From Deltaproteobacteria bacterium (GTDB lineage: Bacteria > Desulfobacterota > DSM-4660 > Desulfatiglandales > Desulfatiglandaceae), in assembly GCA_021163815.1 (NCBI GenBank), contig JAGGTJ010000025.1, forward strand, positions 5,821 to 69,820: a DNA stretch of 64,000 nt, in the 5' to 3' direction. Position numbers and translations under genes: made by a program. Positions 9,880-19,817 of this stretch are shown here, in pieces. Each line of letters starts with the position of its first letter. Position 1 is the first letter of the stretch. The notes beneath the pieces were generated by a model. The model was not told the DNA's origin and made no database searches. It saw only the letters and a list, made by a program, of their open reading frames with translations.

Positions 9880-11595
9880 TTAAGGAATTCTTTTGAACAT
9901 CTTTTCGAGTTCCGTATAGGTTATTTCCTTAAATACAGGTCTACCGTGTGGGCAATTTGTAGGAAGGTCTGCCATGCCAAGACGTCTGACAAGATCTGTC
10001 ATCTCTTCACGGGCCATTTTATGTTTCGCCCTGATTGCACTGTGACAGGCCATAATGGAAAGTATCTTATCAAATAGTATTTCCCTGACCCGGGTATCTT
10101 TTTTGAGCTCTAAAAGCAGTTCCGGTATCAGGGAGTTCCAGTTAACCGTGTCTAATACAGCAGGGTATGACCTTAACAGAAAGGTGTTGCCGCCGAAATG
10201 CTCAAGTTCTATGCCAAGTTCTGCAAGCCTTTGAGCATTTTCAAGGGCTATTGTACTTTCTTTGGCTGACAGTTCGATCTGGATTGGTGTGATAAGTCTC
10301 TGAGATGCCATAGGCGATACGGCAATCGTCTCTTTAAGCGTTTCATAGACCAGTCGTTCATGGGCAGCATGCTGATCAATAAGCATGAGCCCTCTTTCTG
10401 TTTCGCAGATGATATACGAGTTACCAAGCTGACCAATAACAGCAGGCAGGTCTTTTTTTGGAGAAATGTCGGTGTCTTTTTCATCTGTATCTGAAAAAAT
10501 CCACTCCTGATCGTCCTCAAATTCCATGGCCGGGGGTTCTGAGATGTAATGGCTCCCTGTATTTCCGATGAAAGTGGATGTGCTGCCAATTCCTGCATAG
10601 GTATGATTAATGCTCTTAAGTGCACTTTCCACTGTGGATACGATAGCCCTGAAGACCTTGAAACTGTCGTGGAACCTTATCTCTTCCTTGGCTGGATGTA
10701 CATTGACATCTATTTTTGATGGATCGATGGTGATAAAAACCACTGCCTGGGGATATTGCCCTTTCATTAGCCTTTGTCCGTAACCTTCTATCACGGCACG
10801 GGTTACAAATCTGTCCCTTATGTTTCGGTTGTTTACATAAACAAACAGTCTGTCCCCCCTCTTTCTTGCAAACTCCGGCAGACCGAGACACACATCTATT
10901 GCAAGATCTGGTGTCTCGTTTGTATGCTGCAACATCTTTTCTGCAACCTGTCTTCCCATGAGGGAAGATAGGCGATGAAGAATATTTCCTGTGGCAGGCA
11001 GCCTCGTTAATATCTTTTCTCCCTGTTTCAGGGTGAAATGGATGTGTGTAAAAGGGAGTGCGGTTTTTATTACAATATCCTGGACATGATTGGTCTCTGT
11101 CTGGGGGGTGCGCAGGAACTTCCGTCTGGCAGGGACATTGTAAAAGAGATTCTTCACCTCTATTGCTGTTCCGGCAGGAGAGCTTGTTTCGTCGATGGAC
11201 TTCAGTGTTTCCCCTTCAATCGTAAGGGTATGTCCGACCATATCATCCCGTGTACGGGATATAATCTTCATCTTTGATACAGAGGCAATGCTTGGTATTG
11301 CTTCTCCCCTGAAGCCAAGGGTGTTTACATGAAAAAGGTCCTCGGTGGTTTCGATTTTACTTGTGGCATGTCTTTCTATGCACAACAGGATATCATCCCT
11401 TGTCATACCCGTCCCATTGTCCGTTACCTTTATAAGGTCAATGCCCCCTCTCTTTATAGTTATATCTATTCTGTCTGATTTTGCATCGATGCTGTTGTCC
11501 ATCAGTTCACGGACAACCGAGGATGGGCGGGTAACAACCTCTCCCGCTGCTATCTGGGAGGCTATTTTTTCAGGAAGGATACGTATAGTACTCAT
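9880..11595 (-). CDS. mutL: DNA mismatch repair protein MutL
   Basis: 571 aa; IRILPEKIASQIAAGEVVTRPSSVVRELMDNSIDA, GFRGEAIPSIASVS. Confidence 0.93.
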   Translation of the reverse strand: MSTIRILPEKIASQIAAGEVVTRPSSVVRELMDNSIDAKSDRIDITIKRGGIDLIKVTDNGTGMTRDDILLCIERHATSKIETTEDLFHVNTLGFRGEAIPSIASVSKMKIISRTRDDMVGHTLTIEGETLKSIDETSSPAGTAIEVKNLFYNVPARRKFLRTPQTETNHVQDIVIKTALPFTHIHFTLKQGEKILTRLPATGNILHRLSSLMGRQVAEKMLQHTNETPDLAIDVCLGLPEFARKRGDRLFVYVNNRNIRDRFVTRAVIEGYGQRLMKGQYPQAVVFITIDPSKIDVNVHPAKEEIRFHDSFKVFRAIVSTVESALKSINHTYAGIGSTSTFIGNTGSHYISEPPAMEFEDDQEWIFSDTDEKDTDISPKKDLPAVIGQLGNSYIICETERGLMLIDQHAAHERLVYETLKETIAVSPMASQRLITPIQIELSAKESTIALENAQRLAELGIELEHFGGNTFLLRSYPAVLDTVNWNSLIPELLLELKKDTRVREILFDKILSIMACHSAIRAKHKMAREEMTDLVRRLGMADLPTNCPHGRPVFKEITYTELEKMFKRIP

Positions 11596-12659
11596 TTTTT
11601 AAACAGGCCGCCGTCTGATCTGCATTTTTTCGACAGGTTGCACAAAAGGTCCATGCAAAGACCTGCAAGCTTGGGTGACATGGTGCCCATACCACAGGCT
11701 GGAGTAAGGATTGATTGATGAACTATCGTGTTGGCATCAATACCCCAGTCTGTTATCTGTGTGATTCCCTTGGCAAGTTTTATGAAAAGTTCTTCGACGG
11801 ATTCATTCCCGCTGAGACTTGAGGTGGGGACAATACCCCAGGCAAGGATGTTTCCGTTTTTAAGAAAGGCAGATATTTCATCACGGTATAACAGAAAATG
11901 TTCCATGTAATCAAAGGCGTCAAAATTGATTATGTCAGGGTTGGCCTCTGTTATCAGTGACCAGTCTGTGTTGCTGCAGCAATGTATACCGATCAGGGCA
12001 TTGGATTTTTCTTTCAGATAGCCTATGACTTCTTTTAACATGGAAACTGCTCCCTCTTTCTGAATGGAAGAGAAGGCGGATCCAACACCGGACAATGAAG
12101 GTTCGTCTAAGAAAAGGATTGGGTGCCTATTTGTTTCCTCCATCTTTTTGATCTGCCATAATGCCTTGATGGAGAGTCCCTTTGTAAATGCCTCTGCAAT
12201 GTCCGGGTTGTTTATAACAGGTATGTTGTTATGGTCATTTATTGCAGATGTAAATGTAACAGGTCCGACTGTCTGTCCCTTAATGAACTGTCCAGATGGC
12301 TCTGTCTCTACAGAAAGCAGATCTATGAGCTCATAAAGGCCACAGGCATAATCTTTACTTATTGCAAAGTAATCAAGGTCGTCTGACAGGAAATGTTCAT
12401 AAAATTCCACCAGACCTGCCTCTGTCTCTGCTGCGGTTATCCTTGTTTCTCTCTTTTCACTGTCTACCTCAAGAAGAGGAAGACCCTCTGTATACTGAAT
12501 AATCATATCTTCGAGAGGGCTTTTTCTGACAAACTGGGGCCAGAATGGAATATCAGGCAGTCTTGTAACAATTTCCTTACATGTTGCCTTAGTGTCGAGA
12601 AAGGGGACACTCCCCACACAGGTAGGCAGGGAATCAAACAGTGTTTTTTTTTCAGGCAT
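11592..12659 (-). CDS. UROD/MetE-like superfamily protein (cobalamin-independent methionine-synthase-like fold), function unknown
   Basis: 355 aa; ILFLDEPSL resembles the MetE IQIDEPAL motif and IGIHCCSNTDW is a metal-ligand-like block; ATGA overlap with mutL. Confidence 0.4.
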   Translation of the reverse strand: MPEKKTLFDSLPTCVGSVPFLDTKATCKEIVTRLPDIPFWPQFVRKSPLEDMIIQYTEGLPLLEVDSEKRETRITAAETEAGLVEFYEHFLSDDLDYFAISKDYACGLYELIDLLSVETEPSGQFIKGQTVGPVTFTSAINDHNNIPVINNPDIAEAFTKGLSIKALWQIKKMEETNRHPILFLDEPSLSGVGSAFSSIQKEGAVSMLKEVIGYLKEKSNALIGIHCCSNTDWSLITEANPDIINFDAFDYMEHFLLYRDEISAFLKNGNILAWGIVPTSSLSGNESVEELFIKLAKGITQITDWGIDANTIVHQSILTPACGMGTMSPKLAGLCMDLLCNLSKKCRSDGGLFKK

Positions 12660-13482
12660 GATTCATCTCCTTTATCCCTGTCAGCCATCTTTCCATAACC
12701 GTAATCATCCGTTCTGTTTTTTCTCTGATTGCATGAGAATTGTCATGAAAAGAATCGTCAAGCATGGATAAGAGTTGTTTAATACGTTGTTTTGAGGATT
12801 CATCTGCAGGGTTTTTTTCTACAACCTTTTTGTAGGCATTAATGGCCTTATCTATTTTTCCCTGTTTGAAATATAGCTCAGCAATGGTTGGGCTGACAAG
12901 GATGTCTTCCTCTTTTTCCTCATGGCCCTTGCCAACAATGTCCTCTTCAATCCCGTCTGTGTCTGTGCTGTCAGGCATGGTATTATTGAGCATGCTTGAG
13001 ACATCTCTGTCGTCAGGATGAATTGCCATATATTTTTTCAGACTGGCTGCGGCGGCCTGTTCATTGTTTTGTTTTTGTCTTATTTTTGCTGCCAGTTTGT
13101 AAATATAAGAAAGGTTATCCAGCATGGAAGATGCCCTTTCTATCTCCTCTGCGGCCTTGTCTGTAAGCCCTTTATCCATGTAGTATTCTGCCAGTATCCC
13201 CCTTATACGTATATCATCAGGATACCTCTCCAATACCCTGGTGCATGTCTCTTCCATATTGTCTGTTTTGCCATTTTTTTTCATTCTGTCAAGGATCAAA
13301 AAGGCGGTATTCCTTGAAGGGATATTTTCCAGAAGCATGTGTAGAAAGTTGTCGAATTGGATCATGGTTAAATACCTCGTTTGCAACATAAGGGTTTTTA
13401 AAAGCAGTTCTTTTTTGGAAGAATTGCCGTTTTTGAACTGTCTTTTAAAAGCCGTCAGATTTTTATGATGGCGTGGACTCAC
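12652..13482 (-). CDS. TPR repeat protein
   Basis: 276 aa; TPR-like helices (AELYFKQGKIDKAINAYKKVVEKNP; ILAEYYMDKGLTDKAAEEIERA); GTG start overlapping the ftsB stop (GTGA). Confidence 0.6.
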   Translation of the reverse strand: MSPRHHKNLTAFKRQFKNGNSSKKELLLKTLMLQTRYLTMIQFDNFLHMLLENIPSRNTAFLILDRMKKNGKTDNMEETCTRVLERYPDDIRIRGILAEYYMDKGLTDKAAEEIERASSMLDNLSYIYKLAAKIRQKQNNEQAAAASLKKYMAIHPDDRDVSSMLNNTMPDSTDTDGIEEDIVGKGHEEKEEDILVSPTIAELYFKQGKIDKAINAYKKVVEKNPADESSKQRIKQLLSMLDDSFHDNSHAIREKTERMITVMERWLTGIKEMNHA

Positions 13483-13835
13483 CTGTGAGGGCTATCTGAC
13501 TTTTTTTTGTGTATGGACCTGTTGTTAAGGCCCTTTTTTGCCTTCTTGTCTGTGAAGCGGTAGACTATCTCGTTTTTTTTTACAAGGTTTAACTCTTTTC
13601 TCACAAGTTCTTCCACATACTCCCTGTCTGTACGAAGGCGACGTATCTCCTCCTGTAATGCCATGTTTTCTTTTGTCAGTTGATTAATACGTTCTATGTA
13701 TGCCTGTTTCTCCATATATTTTCGGTAAAGATGGAGCAAACCTTGATCTCCAAAACCCAGCCATATAAGGATTAATGATAGCAGACAGGCAATGATCAGG
13801 ATATTTTGCCAATATGTTTTTTGTTTTTCTGTCAT
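13479..13835 (-). CDS. ftsB: cell division protein FtsB/DivIC (septum formation initiator)
   Basis: 118 aa; single TM, then coiled coil and the REYVEELVRKELNLVKKNEIVYRF signature. Confidence 0.8.
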   Translation of the reverse strand: MTEKQKTYWQNILIIACLLSLILIWLGFGDQGLLHLYRKYMEKQAYIERINQLTKENMALQEEIRRLRTDREYVEELVRKELNLVKKNEIVYRFTDKKAKKGLNNRSIHKKKSDSPHR

Positions 13836-13920
13836 GATAAAACCTGTGCTTGAGATAAGACAGAAGGGTCAGATTGCAGTTATCTATGCTAATGGATAAA
13901 CCAGTTTTTTTATAGAACAT

Positions 13921-14071
13921 TGATGAACCTGTAAAAAGTAGAACCGATGGATAGGTAAAAATCTTCATATACAAGGCGTAGCGTTTGGCCATGCGTGAAG
14001 GCATACAGGATGTCAAACCTATGACCAAACGCTATAACAGAGTAGATGGAGACTTTTTACGACGCTATCAG
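13921..14071 (-). repeat. repeat family B, copy 1
   Basis: The reverse complement aligns along about 150 nt with 18878-19027 (ctgatagcgtcgtaaaaagtctccatctact...cgccttgtatatgaagatttttacc...ctactttttacag). Confidence 0.85.
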
Positions 14072-14261
14072 GTTTTAGGTTGAAAAAAAAGGAACATTTA
14101 GGTAAAAGTTCAGTTTAAACTCTTTTTTACGGGTTCATCTATATTTATACTATACAGGAAAAATTTACATCTGTTATGGATTGATCCTGTAAAACTATTA
14201 CATCTTCGGGCTGGAAAGTGAAACCCAAAAATTGATTTGTGAATGGGCATGAGGTAAAAAG

Positions 14262-15071
14262 ATGTTAAAAGTTATTGTTGCCGGTGCAGCCGGCCGTATG
14301 GGGAAACAGATTATAAAAGCCCTGTCTGATGATGACAGGTTTGTTCTTAAAGGAGCCTTTGAATCTCCGGATCATCCGGCAGTTGGTCAGGATGCAGGTC
14401 TATTGGCCGGAGTTGGTTCGTCAGGTGTGATAGTTGAAGATTCTTTTGAGAAGACGGACAGGGATGCAGATGTCCTGATTGACTTTACCACACCTGAAGC
14501 AACATTGAAAAACGTCCGAGTTGCCAAAAGCCGTAACCTTGCCATGGTGATAGGCACTACCGGATTTTCCGATGATATCTTACACGAAATTACTGGAATT
14601 GTCAGCGAGATAAAATGTGTCATGGCTCCTAATATGAGTGTCGGGGTCAATGTCATGTTCAAAATTGCCGGCGAATTGGCAAAGATTTTGGGAAATGATT
14701 ATGACATGGAGATTATTGAGGCCCACCATAATCTGAAGAAGGATGCTCCAAGCGGTACTGCATTACGTCTTGCAGATGTGCTTGCCGGTGCAACGGGGCG
14801 GGATCTGGAATCAACGGCCGTATACTGCCGTAAGGGAATTATAGGTGAAAGGGACCGTGAGGAAATAGGAATTCAGGTGATAAGGGGTGGAGATATAACG
14901 GGTGAGCATACGGTTATGTTTGCGGGAACGGGTGAAAGGATAGAACTGATTCATCGTGCGCATAACAGGGGTAATTTTGCACGGGGGGCCTTGAGGGCCG
15001 CTTTATGGGTGGTAAAACAGCCTGAGGGGCTTTATGATATGCAGGATGTTTTAGGGTTGAAAGATCTGTAA
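14262..15071 (+). CDS. dapB: 4-hydroxy-tetrahydrodipicolinate reductase
   Basis: 269 aa; VIVAGAAGRMGKQII and EAHHNLKKDAPSGTA. Confidence 0.93.
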   Translation: MLKVIVAGAAGRMGKQIIKALSDDDRFVLKGAFESPDHPAVGQDAGLLAGVGSSGVIVEDSFEKTDRDADVLIDFTTPEATLKNVRVAKSRNLAMVIGTTGFSDDILHEITGIVSEIKCVMAPNMSVGVNVMFKIAGELAKILGNDYDMEIIEAHHNLKKDAPSGTALRLADVLAGATGRDLESTAVYCRKGIIGERDREEIGIQVIRGGDITGEHTVMFAGTGERIELIHRAHNRGNFARGALRAALWVVKQPEGLYDMQDVLGLKDL

Positions 15072-15109
15072 ACGGGCATGTGCCTGTTTTTTATCTTAAG
15101 GAGGATGTA

Positions 15110-16285
15110 GTGAATATATTTAAGAAGGCGGAAAGGCTTAAAAGGGTTCCACCTTATCTTTTCAAACAGATAGACAACAAGAAGGCCGAGCTTGTAAGTC
15201 GGGGTGTTGATGTTATTGATCTTGGGGTTGGCGATCCTGATTTGCCTACACCGGCCCATATTATTGATGCATTGGAAATGGCGGCAAGAGATCCGGCCAA
15301 TCACAAATACCCTTCGTATTCCGGGATGAATGATTTCAAGGAGGCAGTTGCGGGTTGGTATTTAAAAAGATTCGGGGTCAGTCTTGATCCTGAAACCCAG
15401 GTTATTTCCCTGATAGGGAGCAAGGAAGGTATAGCGCATTTACCCATGGCCTTTTTAAATCCTGGGGATATGGCCCTGGTGCCGACACCTGCATATCCTG
15501 TATACAACATCGCCACACTGTTTGCAGGCGGTGAATCTTTTTTTATGCCTCTTTTGGAAAAAAACGCCTTTCTGCCTGATCTTGATAGTATCCCTGCTGA
15601 TGTTGTCAGGAGGGCACGAATATTATTTATTAATTATCCCAACAATCCCACGGCAGCCGTTGCCGATCCGGATTTTTTCAAAAAGGTTGTAAGGTTTGCC
15701 AGGGATAATGATATTATAGTCTGTCATGATGCAGCCTATACGGAAATAGCCTTTGATGGGTATCGGCCACACAGTTTTCTTGAAACGGACGGGGCTGTTG
15801 AGGTAGGTATAGAATTTCATTCCTTTTCCAAGACCTATAATATGACAGGATGGCGGATAGGTTTTGCCGTTGGTAATCCGGAAGCAGTTGCTGCCCTTGG
15901 TGCAATAAAGAGCAATATAGATTCAGGGGTGTTCAGGGCCGTTCAGTTGGCTGCCATTGAGGCCATTGAAGGTGATCAGACATGTGTCAGGGAAATGACA
16001 GAAATATATAAGAAACGCAGGGATCTGATGGTTAACGGTCTGAAAGCGGCAGGGTTTGACATGGACATTCCAAAGGCTACATTTTATTTGTGGGTAAAGG
16101 TGCCAAGCCCCTATACTTCAGCGGATATAACCTCTATACTCTTGGAAAAGGCAGGCATTGTTGTAACCCCGGGCAGTGGCTTTGGAGATCCCGGAGAGGG
16201 TTATTTTCGTATCTCTCTGACCCAGGATACCGAAAGGCTTGAAGAAGCGGTCAACAGACTGAAGGCACTTGATTTCAGGAGATAG
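15110..16285 (+). CDS. dapL: LL-diaminopimelate aminotransferase (class I/II aminotransferase)
   Basis: PPYLFKQIDNKKAELVSRGVDVIDLGVGDPDLPTP and PLP-lysine block SFSKTYNMTGWRIGF. Start placed at GTG 15110, 5 nt after AAGGAGG; the track start at 15080 is also GTG. Confidence 0.7.
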   Translation: MNIFKKAERLKRVPPYLFKQIDNKKAELVSRGVDVIDLGVGDPDLPTPAHIIDALEMAARDPANHKYPSYSGMNDFKEAVAGWYLKRFGVSLDPETQVISLIGSKEGIAHLPMAFLNPGDMALVPTPAYPVYNIATLFAGGESFFMPLLEKNAFLPDLDSIPADVVRRARILFINYPNNPTAAVADPDFFKKVVRFARDNDIIVCHDAAYTEIAFDGYRPHSFLETDGAVEVGIEFHSFSKTYNMTGWRIGFAVGNPEAVAALGAIKSNIDSGVFRAVQLAAIEAIEGDQTCVREMTEIYKKRRDLMVNGLKAAGFDMDIPKATFYLWVKVPSPYTSADITSILLEKAGIVVTPGSGFGDPGEGYFRISLTQDTERLEEAVNRLKALDFRR

Positions 16286-16328
16286 TGGCAGGGCTTTTGT
16301 GCCTCAAGGATTTTTGGGTGAACAATAA

Positions 16329-16865
16329 ATGTCCTTTCCAGATTTTTGTTTAAGCAGACCGGTTCCTGTATATCTCGGGATAGGGTCAAACATGGGTGAT
16401 AAAATGGCCAATTGCAATTTGGCGATTGACATGATTGATTCCATGCCCGGTTCTGTTGTAACTCTCAGGTCATCCTTTTACCGAACAGAGCCTGTAGGTG
16501 TTGAAGGACATGACTGGTATATAAACTGCGCAGCATGTATCTTGACGAATACAGATCCCCTTGCTCTTTTGAAGAATCTGCTCGAGATAGAGGCAGCCAT
16601 GGGCAGAAAACGGAAAAAGAAATGGGATCCCAGGTCTATTGATATTGATATCCTGCTGTTTGGGCCGGGCAGGATTATTACTGTGCCAGATTTGAAAGTA
16701 CCGCATCCTCTCATGCATAAACGAAGGTTTGTTCTGGTTCCCATGGCACAGATCGCTCCGGACCTTGTTCATCCTGTTTATAACATGACCATGACAGAAC
16801 TTCTCAATATGTTAGGGAAAGATGGTCAGGCAGTGTCTCCTGTTTCAGATAGTTATTGTTCATGA
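16329..16865 (+). CDS. folK: 2-amino-4-hydroxy-6-hydroxymethyldihydropteridine diphosphokinase
   Basis: 178 aa; VYLGIGSNMGD, RSIDIDILLFG, VPHPLMHKRRFVLVPMAQIAP. Confidence 0.88.
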   Translation: MSFPDFCLSRPVPVYLGIGSNMGDKMANCNLAIDMIDSMPGSVVTLRSSFYRTEPVGVEGHDWYINCAACILTNTDPLALLKNLLEIEAAMGRKRKKKWDPRSIDIDILLFGPGRIITVPDLKVPHPLMHKRRFVLVPMAQIAPDLVHPVYNMTMTELLNMLGKDGQAVSPVSDSYCS

Positions 16866-16964
16866 GATCTTGCGTCTGACAAGGCCGTTTTTTATCAGGG
16901 TTTGCATTAAAAAATATTCTCACGAGATTAGCTTTCTTCCTGTGGATGGGTACCGGGTGATTAA

Positions 16965-17222
16965 ATGCGACTTTTAATCTATATCCTTCTGGGTTATCTT
17001 ATCTATCGTTTATATCGTTTTATAGGCAGCTTTTTTGTTTATAGGGATAGAAACATAACGATGGATAATGACAACACTGTCGATGAGATGGTACAGGATC
17101 CATACTGTAAGACATATATCCCTCTTACAGGGGCATATAAACGCACTATAAATGGAAAGACATATTTTTTTTGTTCTAAGGAATGTGCCGATAATTTCAG
17201 TAAAACCAAGAGGGATTCCTGA
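16965..17222 (+). CDS. small membrane-anchored YHS/TRASH domain protein
   Basis: 85 aa; N-terminal TM, then DPYCKTYIPL...GKTYFFCSKECADNF. Confidence 0.65.
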   Translation: MRLLIYILLGYLIYRLYRFIGSFFVYRDRNITMDNDNTVDEMVQDPYCKTYIPLTGAYKRTINGKTYFFCSKECADNFSKTKRDS

Positions 17223-17361
17223 ACATGGTCTGAGAGACTTGCACACAGACCGAATGTTTTGGCACCTACGGACATAAAAAACCTGTTTTTTCAGCGAGGT
17301 TTTGTGTGCTTTTACGGCTTTTAATGTCACTCAAGTGGAGTAACGTTGTTTTTGTGTGATA

Positions 17362-17494
17362 CGCACCAATTTAAGTGGCCATAAGGATACAGGGTGAATA
17401 ACGGATCGTTCTCTGGCGTTGGCAGGGGCTTCAGTACGTTTTTCCCCTTGCCGTCTTACATCTTCGTTAAGCCGATGTTTGCAGGATTTAAGGT
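17362..17494 (-). repeat. repeat family D, diverged copy 4
   Basis: cgcaccaatttaagtggccataagg...ggcaggggcttcagtacgtttttccccttgcc...gttaagccgatgtttgcaggatttaaggt parallels 8680-8869. Confidence 0.6.
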
Positions 17495-17551
17495 ATGTAA
17501 GGTTATCGCCTGTAGCCTTTCCTTTCAGAGGCCATCAATCAAGGAGGAAGT

Positions 17552-18193
17552 ATGAAATTTTTTATCGATACAGCTAACATAGATGAAATAAAACAGGGCA
17601 TGGATCTGGGAATGGTAGATGGTGTTACGACGAATCCATCGCTTGTTGCTAAGGAGGGCAGGGAATTTACAGGGCTTATAAAAGAGATAACATCTATAGT
17701 AGAAGGACCGGTTAGTGCTGAAGTGGTCAGCCTTGATACGGATGATATGGTCAGGGAGGCAAGAAATCTTGCCAAGATTGCAGATAATATTGTGGTCAAA
17801 ATTCCTCTTGTGGAAGATGGTCTCAAGGCCGTAAAAATTTTAACGCAGGAAGGAATAAAAACAAATGTGACACTCTGTTTTTCTCCTCTTCAGGCCTTGA
17901 TGGCAGCCAAGGCAGGTGCTACATTTATAAGCCCTTTTGTAGGAAGGCTTGACGATATCGGTCACCGGGGCATGGATCTTGTAGAAGAGATTATTACCAT
18001 ATATGACAATTATGGTTTTGAGACAGAGGTTATTGTTGCAAGTATAAGAAACCCCATGCACGTGCTTGATGCTGCACTCATGGGTGCAGATATTTCTACC
18101 ATACCCTTTAAGGTCATTCAGCAGTTAATCAAACATCCCTTGACAAAGATAGGGTTGGACAAATTTCTATCTGATTGGAAAAAGCTTGGATAG
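17552..18193 (+). CDS. fsa: fructose-6-phosphate aldolase / transaldolase (short type)
   Basis: 213 aa; [44 protein letters not shown]. Confidence 0.9.
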   Translation: MKFFIDTANIDEIKQGMDLGMVDGVTTNPSLVAKEGREFTGLIKEITSIVEGPVSAEVVSLDTDDMVREARNLAKIADNIVVKIPLVEDGLKAVKILTQEGIKTNVTLCFSPLQALMAAKAGATFISPFVGRLDDIGHRGMDLVEEIITIYDNYGFETEVIVASIRNPMHVLDAALMGADISTIPFKVIQQLIKHPLTKIGLDKFLSDWKKLG

Positions 18194-18273
18194 ATTGTTT
18201 TATCTCCATTCAACAGATTGTTAAATCTTGTGGATTTTTATGTATGAAAAACAGATAGGGACAGTACAGTAAA

Positions 18274-18864
18274 ATGTTACGAGTCATGCGTACATTATTA
18301 TGCCTTTGCCTTGTCTTTATTTCTGCTCTTAGTCTTTCTGCATTTGCTGACATATACCGGTATGTGGATAAAAACGGGGTGTGGCATTTTACCAATGTCC
18401 CGACACAGGGCAGATACCGGTTATTTATAAAAACCGGCAGGAATAGATCTGTCGGTTATGTAAACAGATATATAAAGACATATGAATCTATAATTGCCGG
18501 GGCATCAAACCGTTTCGGGGTCGAATCTTCCTTGATAAAGGCTGTTATAAAAGCGGAATCTGACTTTGATCATTACGCTGTTTCCCGCTACGGTGCCCAG
18601 GGCCTGATGCAGCTCATGCCGCAAACAGCTGATGATATGGAGGTTAAAGATCCTTTTAATCCTGCAGAAAACATATTTGGCGGTACGCGTTATCTGAAAA
18701 TGATGCTTACACGTTTTAACAATAATCTTGCACTGGCCTTGTCAGCCTACAACGCAGGCCCTGAAAATGTGGAAAAATATCATGATGTTCCTCCCTTTCC
18801 CGAGACACGGGCATTCATAAAAAGGGTCCTGCGATACTATCGTATCTATAAGGCCGGTAAGTAA
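18274..18864 (+). CDS. lytic transglycosylase (SLT domain) with DUF4124-like N-terminus
   Basis: 196 aa; signal peptide, IYRYVDKNGVWHFTN, catalytic block AVIKAESDFDHYAVSRYGAQGLMQLMP, AYNAGP. Confidence 0.85.
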   Translation: MLRVMRTLLCLCLVFISALSLSAFADIYRYVDKNGVWHFTNVPTQGRYRLFIKTGRNRSVGYVNRYIKTYESIIAGASNRFGVESSLIKAVIKAESDFDHYAVSRYGAQGLMQLMPQTADDMEVKDPFNPAENIFGGTRYLKMMLTRFNNNLALALSAYNAGPENVEKYHDVPPFPETRAFIKRVLRYYRIYKAGK

Positions 18865-18877
18865 TTTCCATTCATAA

Positions 18878-19027
18878 CTGATGGCGTCGTAAAAAGTCTC
18901 CATCTACTGTGTTATAGTGTTTGGTCATAGGTTAGACATCTTGTATGCTTTCACGCATAACCAAACACTATGCCTTGTATATGAAGATTTTTACTTAGCC
19001 ATCGGGTTTACTTTTTACAGTCTCATC
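18878..19027 (+). repeat. repeat family B, copy 2
   Basis: See 13921-14071; ctgatggcgtcgtaaaaagtctccatctactgtgttatagtgtttggtcatagg... Confidence 0.85.
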
Positions 19028-19717
19028 GGGATTGACCCACTTTTATTACTCCCCTTGTTGCTGTTTTACTGGCTGGTCTACCGCCAAAAACTCCGCTTCT
19101 GCATTGTTTCCCCACCTGGTTATCAATCTGGGATTGGGCTTTTGTGTCCTGGTCACTGGCATGTGGCAGTACTGGCAGATAGCCTCTTTCTCTACCCCAT
19201 GTGAATCTTTTGCTTTGATGATGTTTTGTTGAGGACTGAAAGCTGATTACCAAAAGCGTTCGTTTGGGAAATTGGATTTTTCCGGATGAACAACAAAGAT
19301 TGGGTAAAAAAATACATACTTTCTTTTTGTTTTCCTCTCTTTGTTTTTCCCGCATGGCGAAAACTCCATTACTTCATATCTGTTTGTTTTGCTTGATAAA
19401 ATCGTACAGTCCTGTTTAATGCTGCCTGGTGGTCCAGTGTCTTCGGTTCTTTTGGAGAAGGCGTCCTTCCTGTTTTTTTCGAGACAAAAGTCAATTATAA
19501 TGTTTTATAACATATTGAAATTACAGTAGTTGTTTAGTGCTATTAGGAAAAAGTGGAAGGAACGTAACTATATTGGGTAAAAAAATACCACTTTTTGCTG
19601 GTGTTAGCACAGTTGTAAGGTGATTTTTTTTATGTGGTTTTTGCCTGTTGAAAATTTCAACTGTTATTTCAATCGGTTGTCGAGTACTAAAAAATTTTTT
19701 TAAAAATCCATTTCTGG

Positions 19718-19733
19718 TGGCACGGTTGATGCT
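19718..19733 (+). promoter_or_regulatory. sigma-54 (-24/-12) promoter candidate for the PEP-CTERM gene
   Basis: TGGCACGgttgATGCT: GG-N10-GC spacing is exact and TGGCACG is an exact match; the site lies 85 nt upstream of the ATG at 19818. Confidence 0.6.
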
Positions 19734-19817
19734 GTCTTATGGGCGTAACATGGTTCTCGTATGAGTAGATGGAAAGAGAAGCAATCATTTTTAATTATCA
19801 GATAAAGGAGGAGGTAG

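Noticed and set aside
18917-19355. Overlapping ORFs (18917-19204 +, 19032-19232 +, 19023-19355 -) in the large intergenic region
   Set aside because: They start inside the family B repeat or have low-complexity translations. They are mutually overlapping and none has an RBS.
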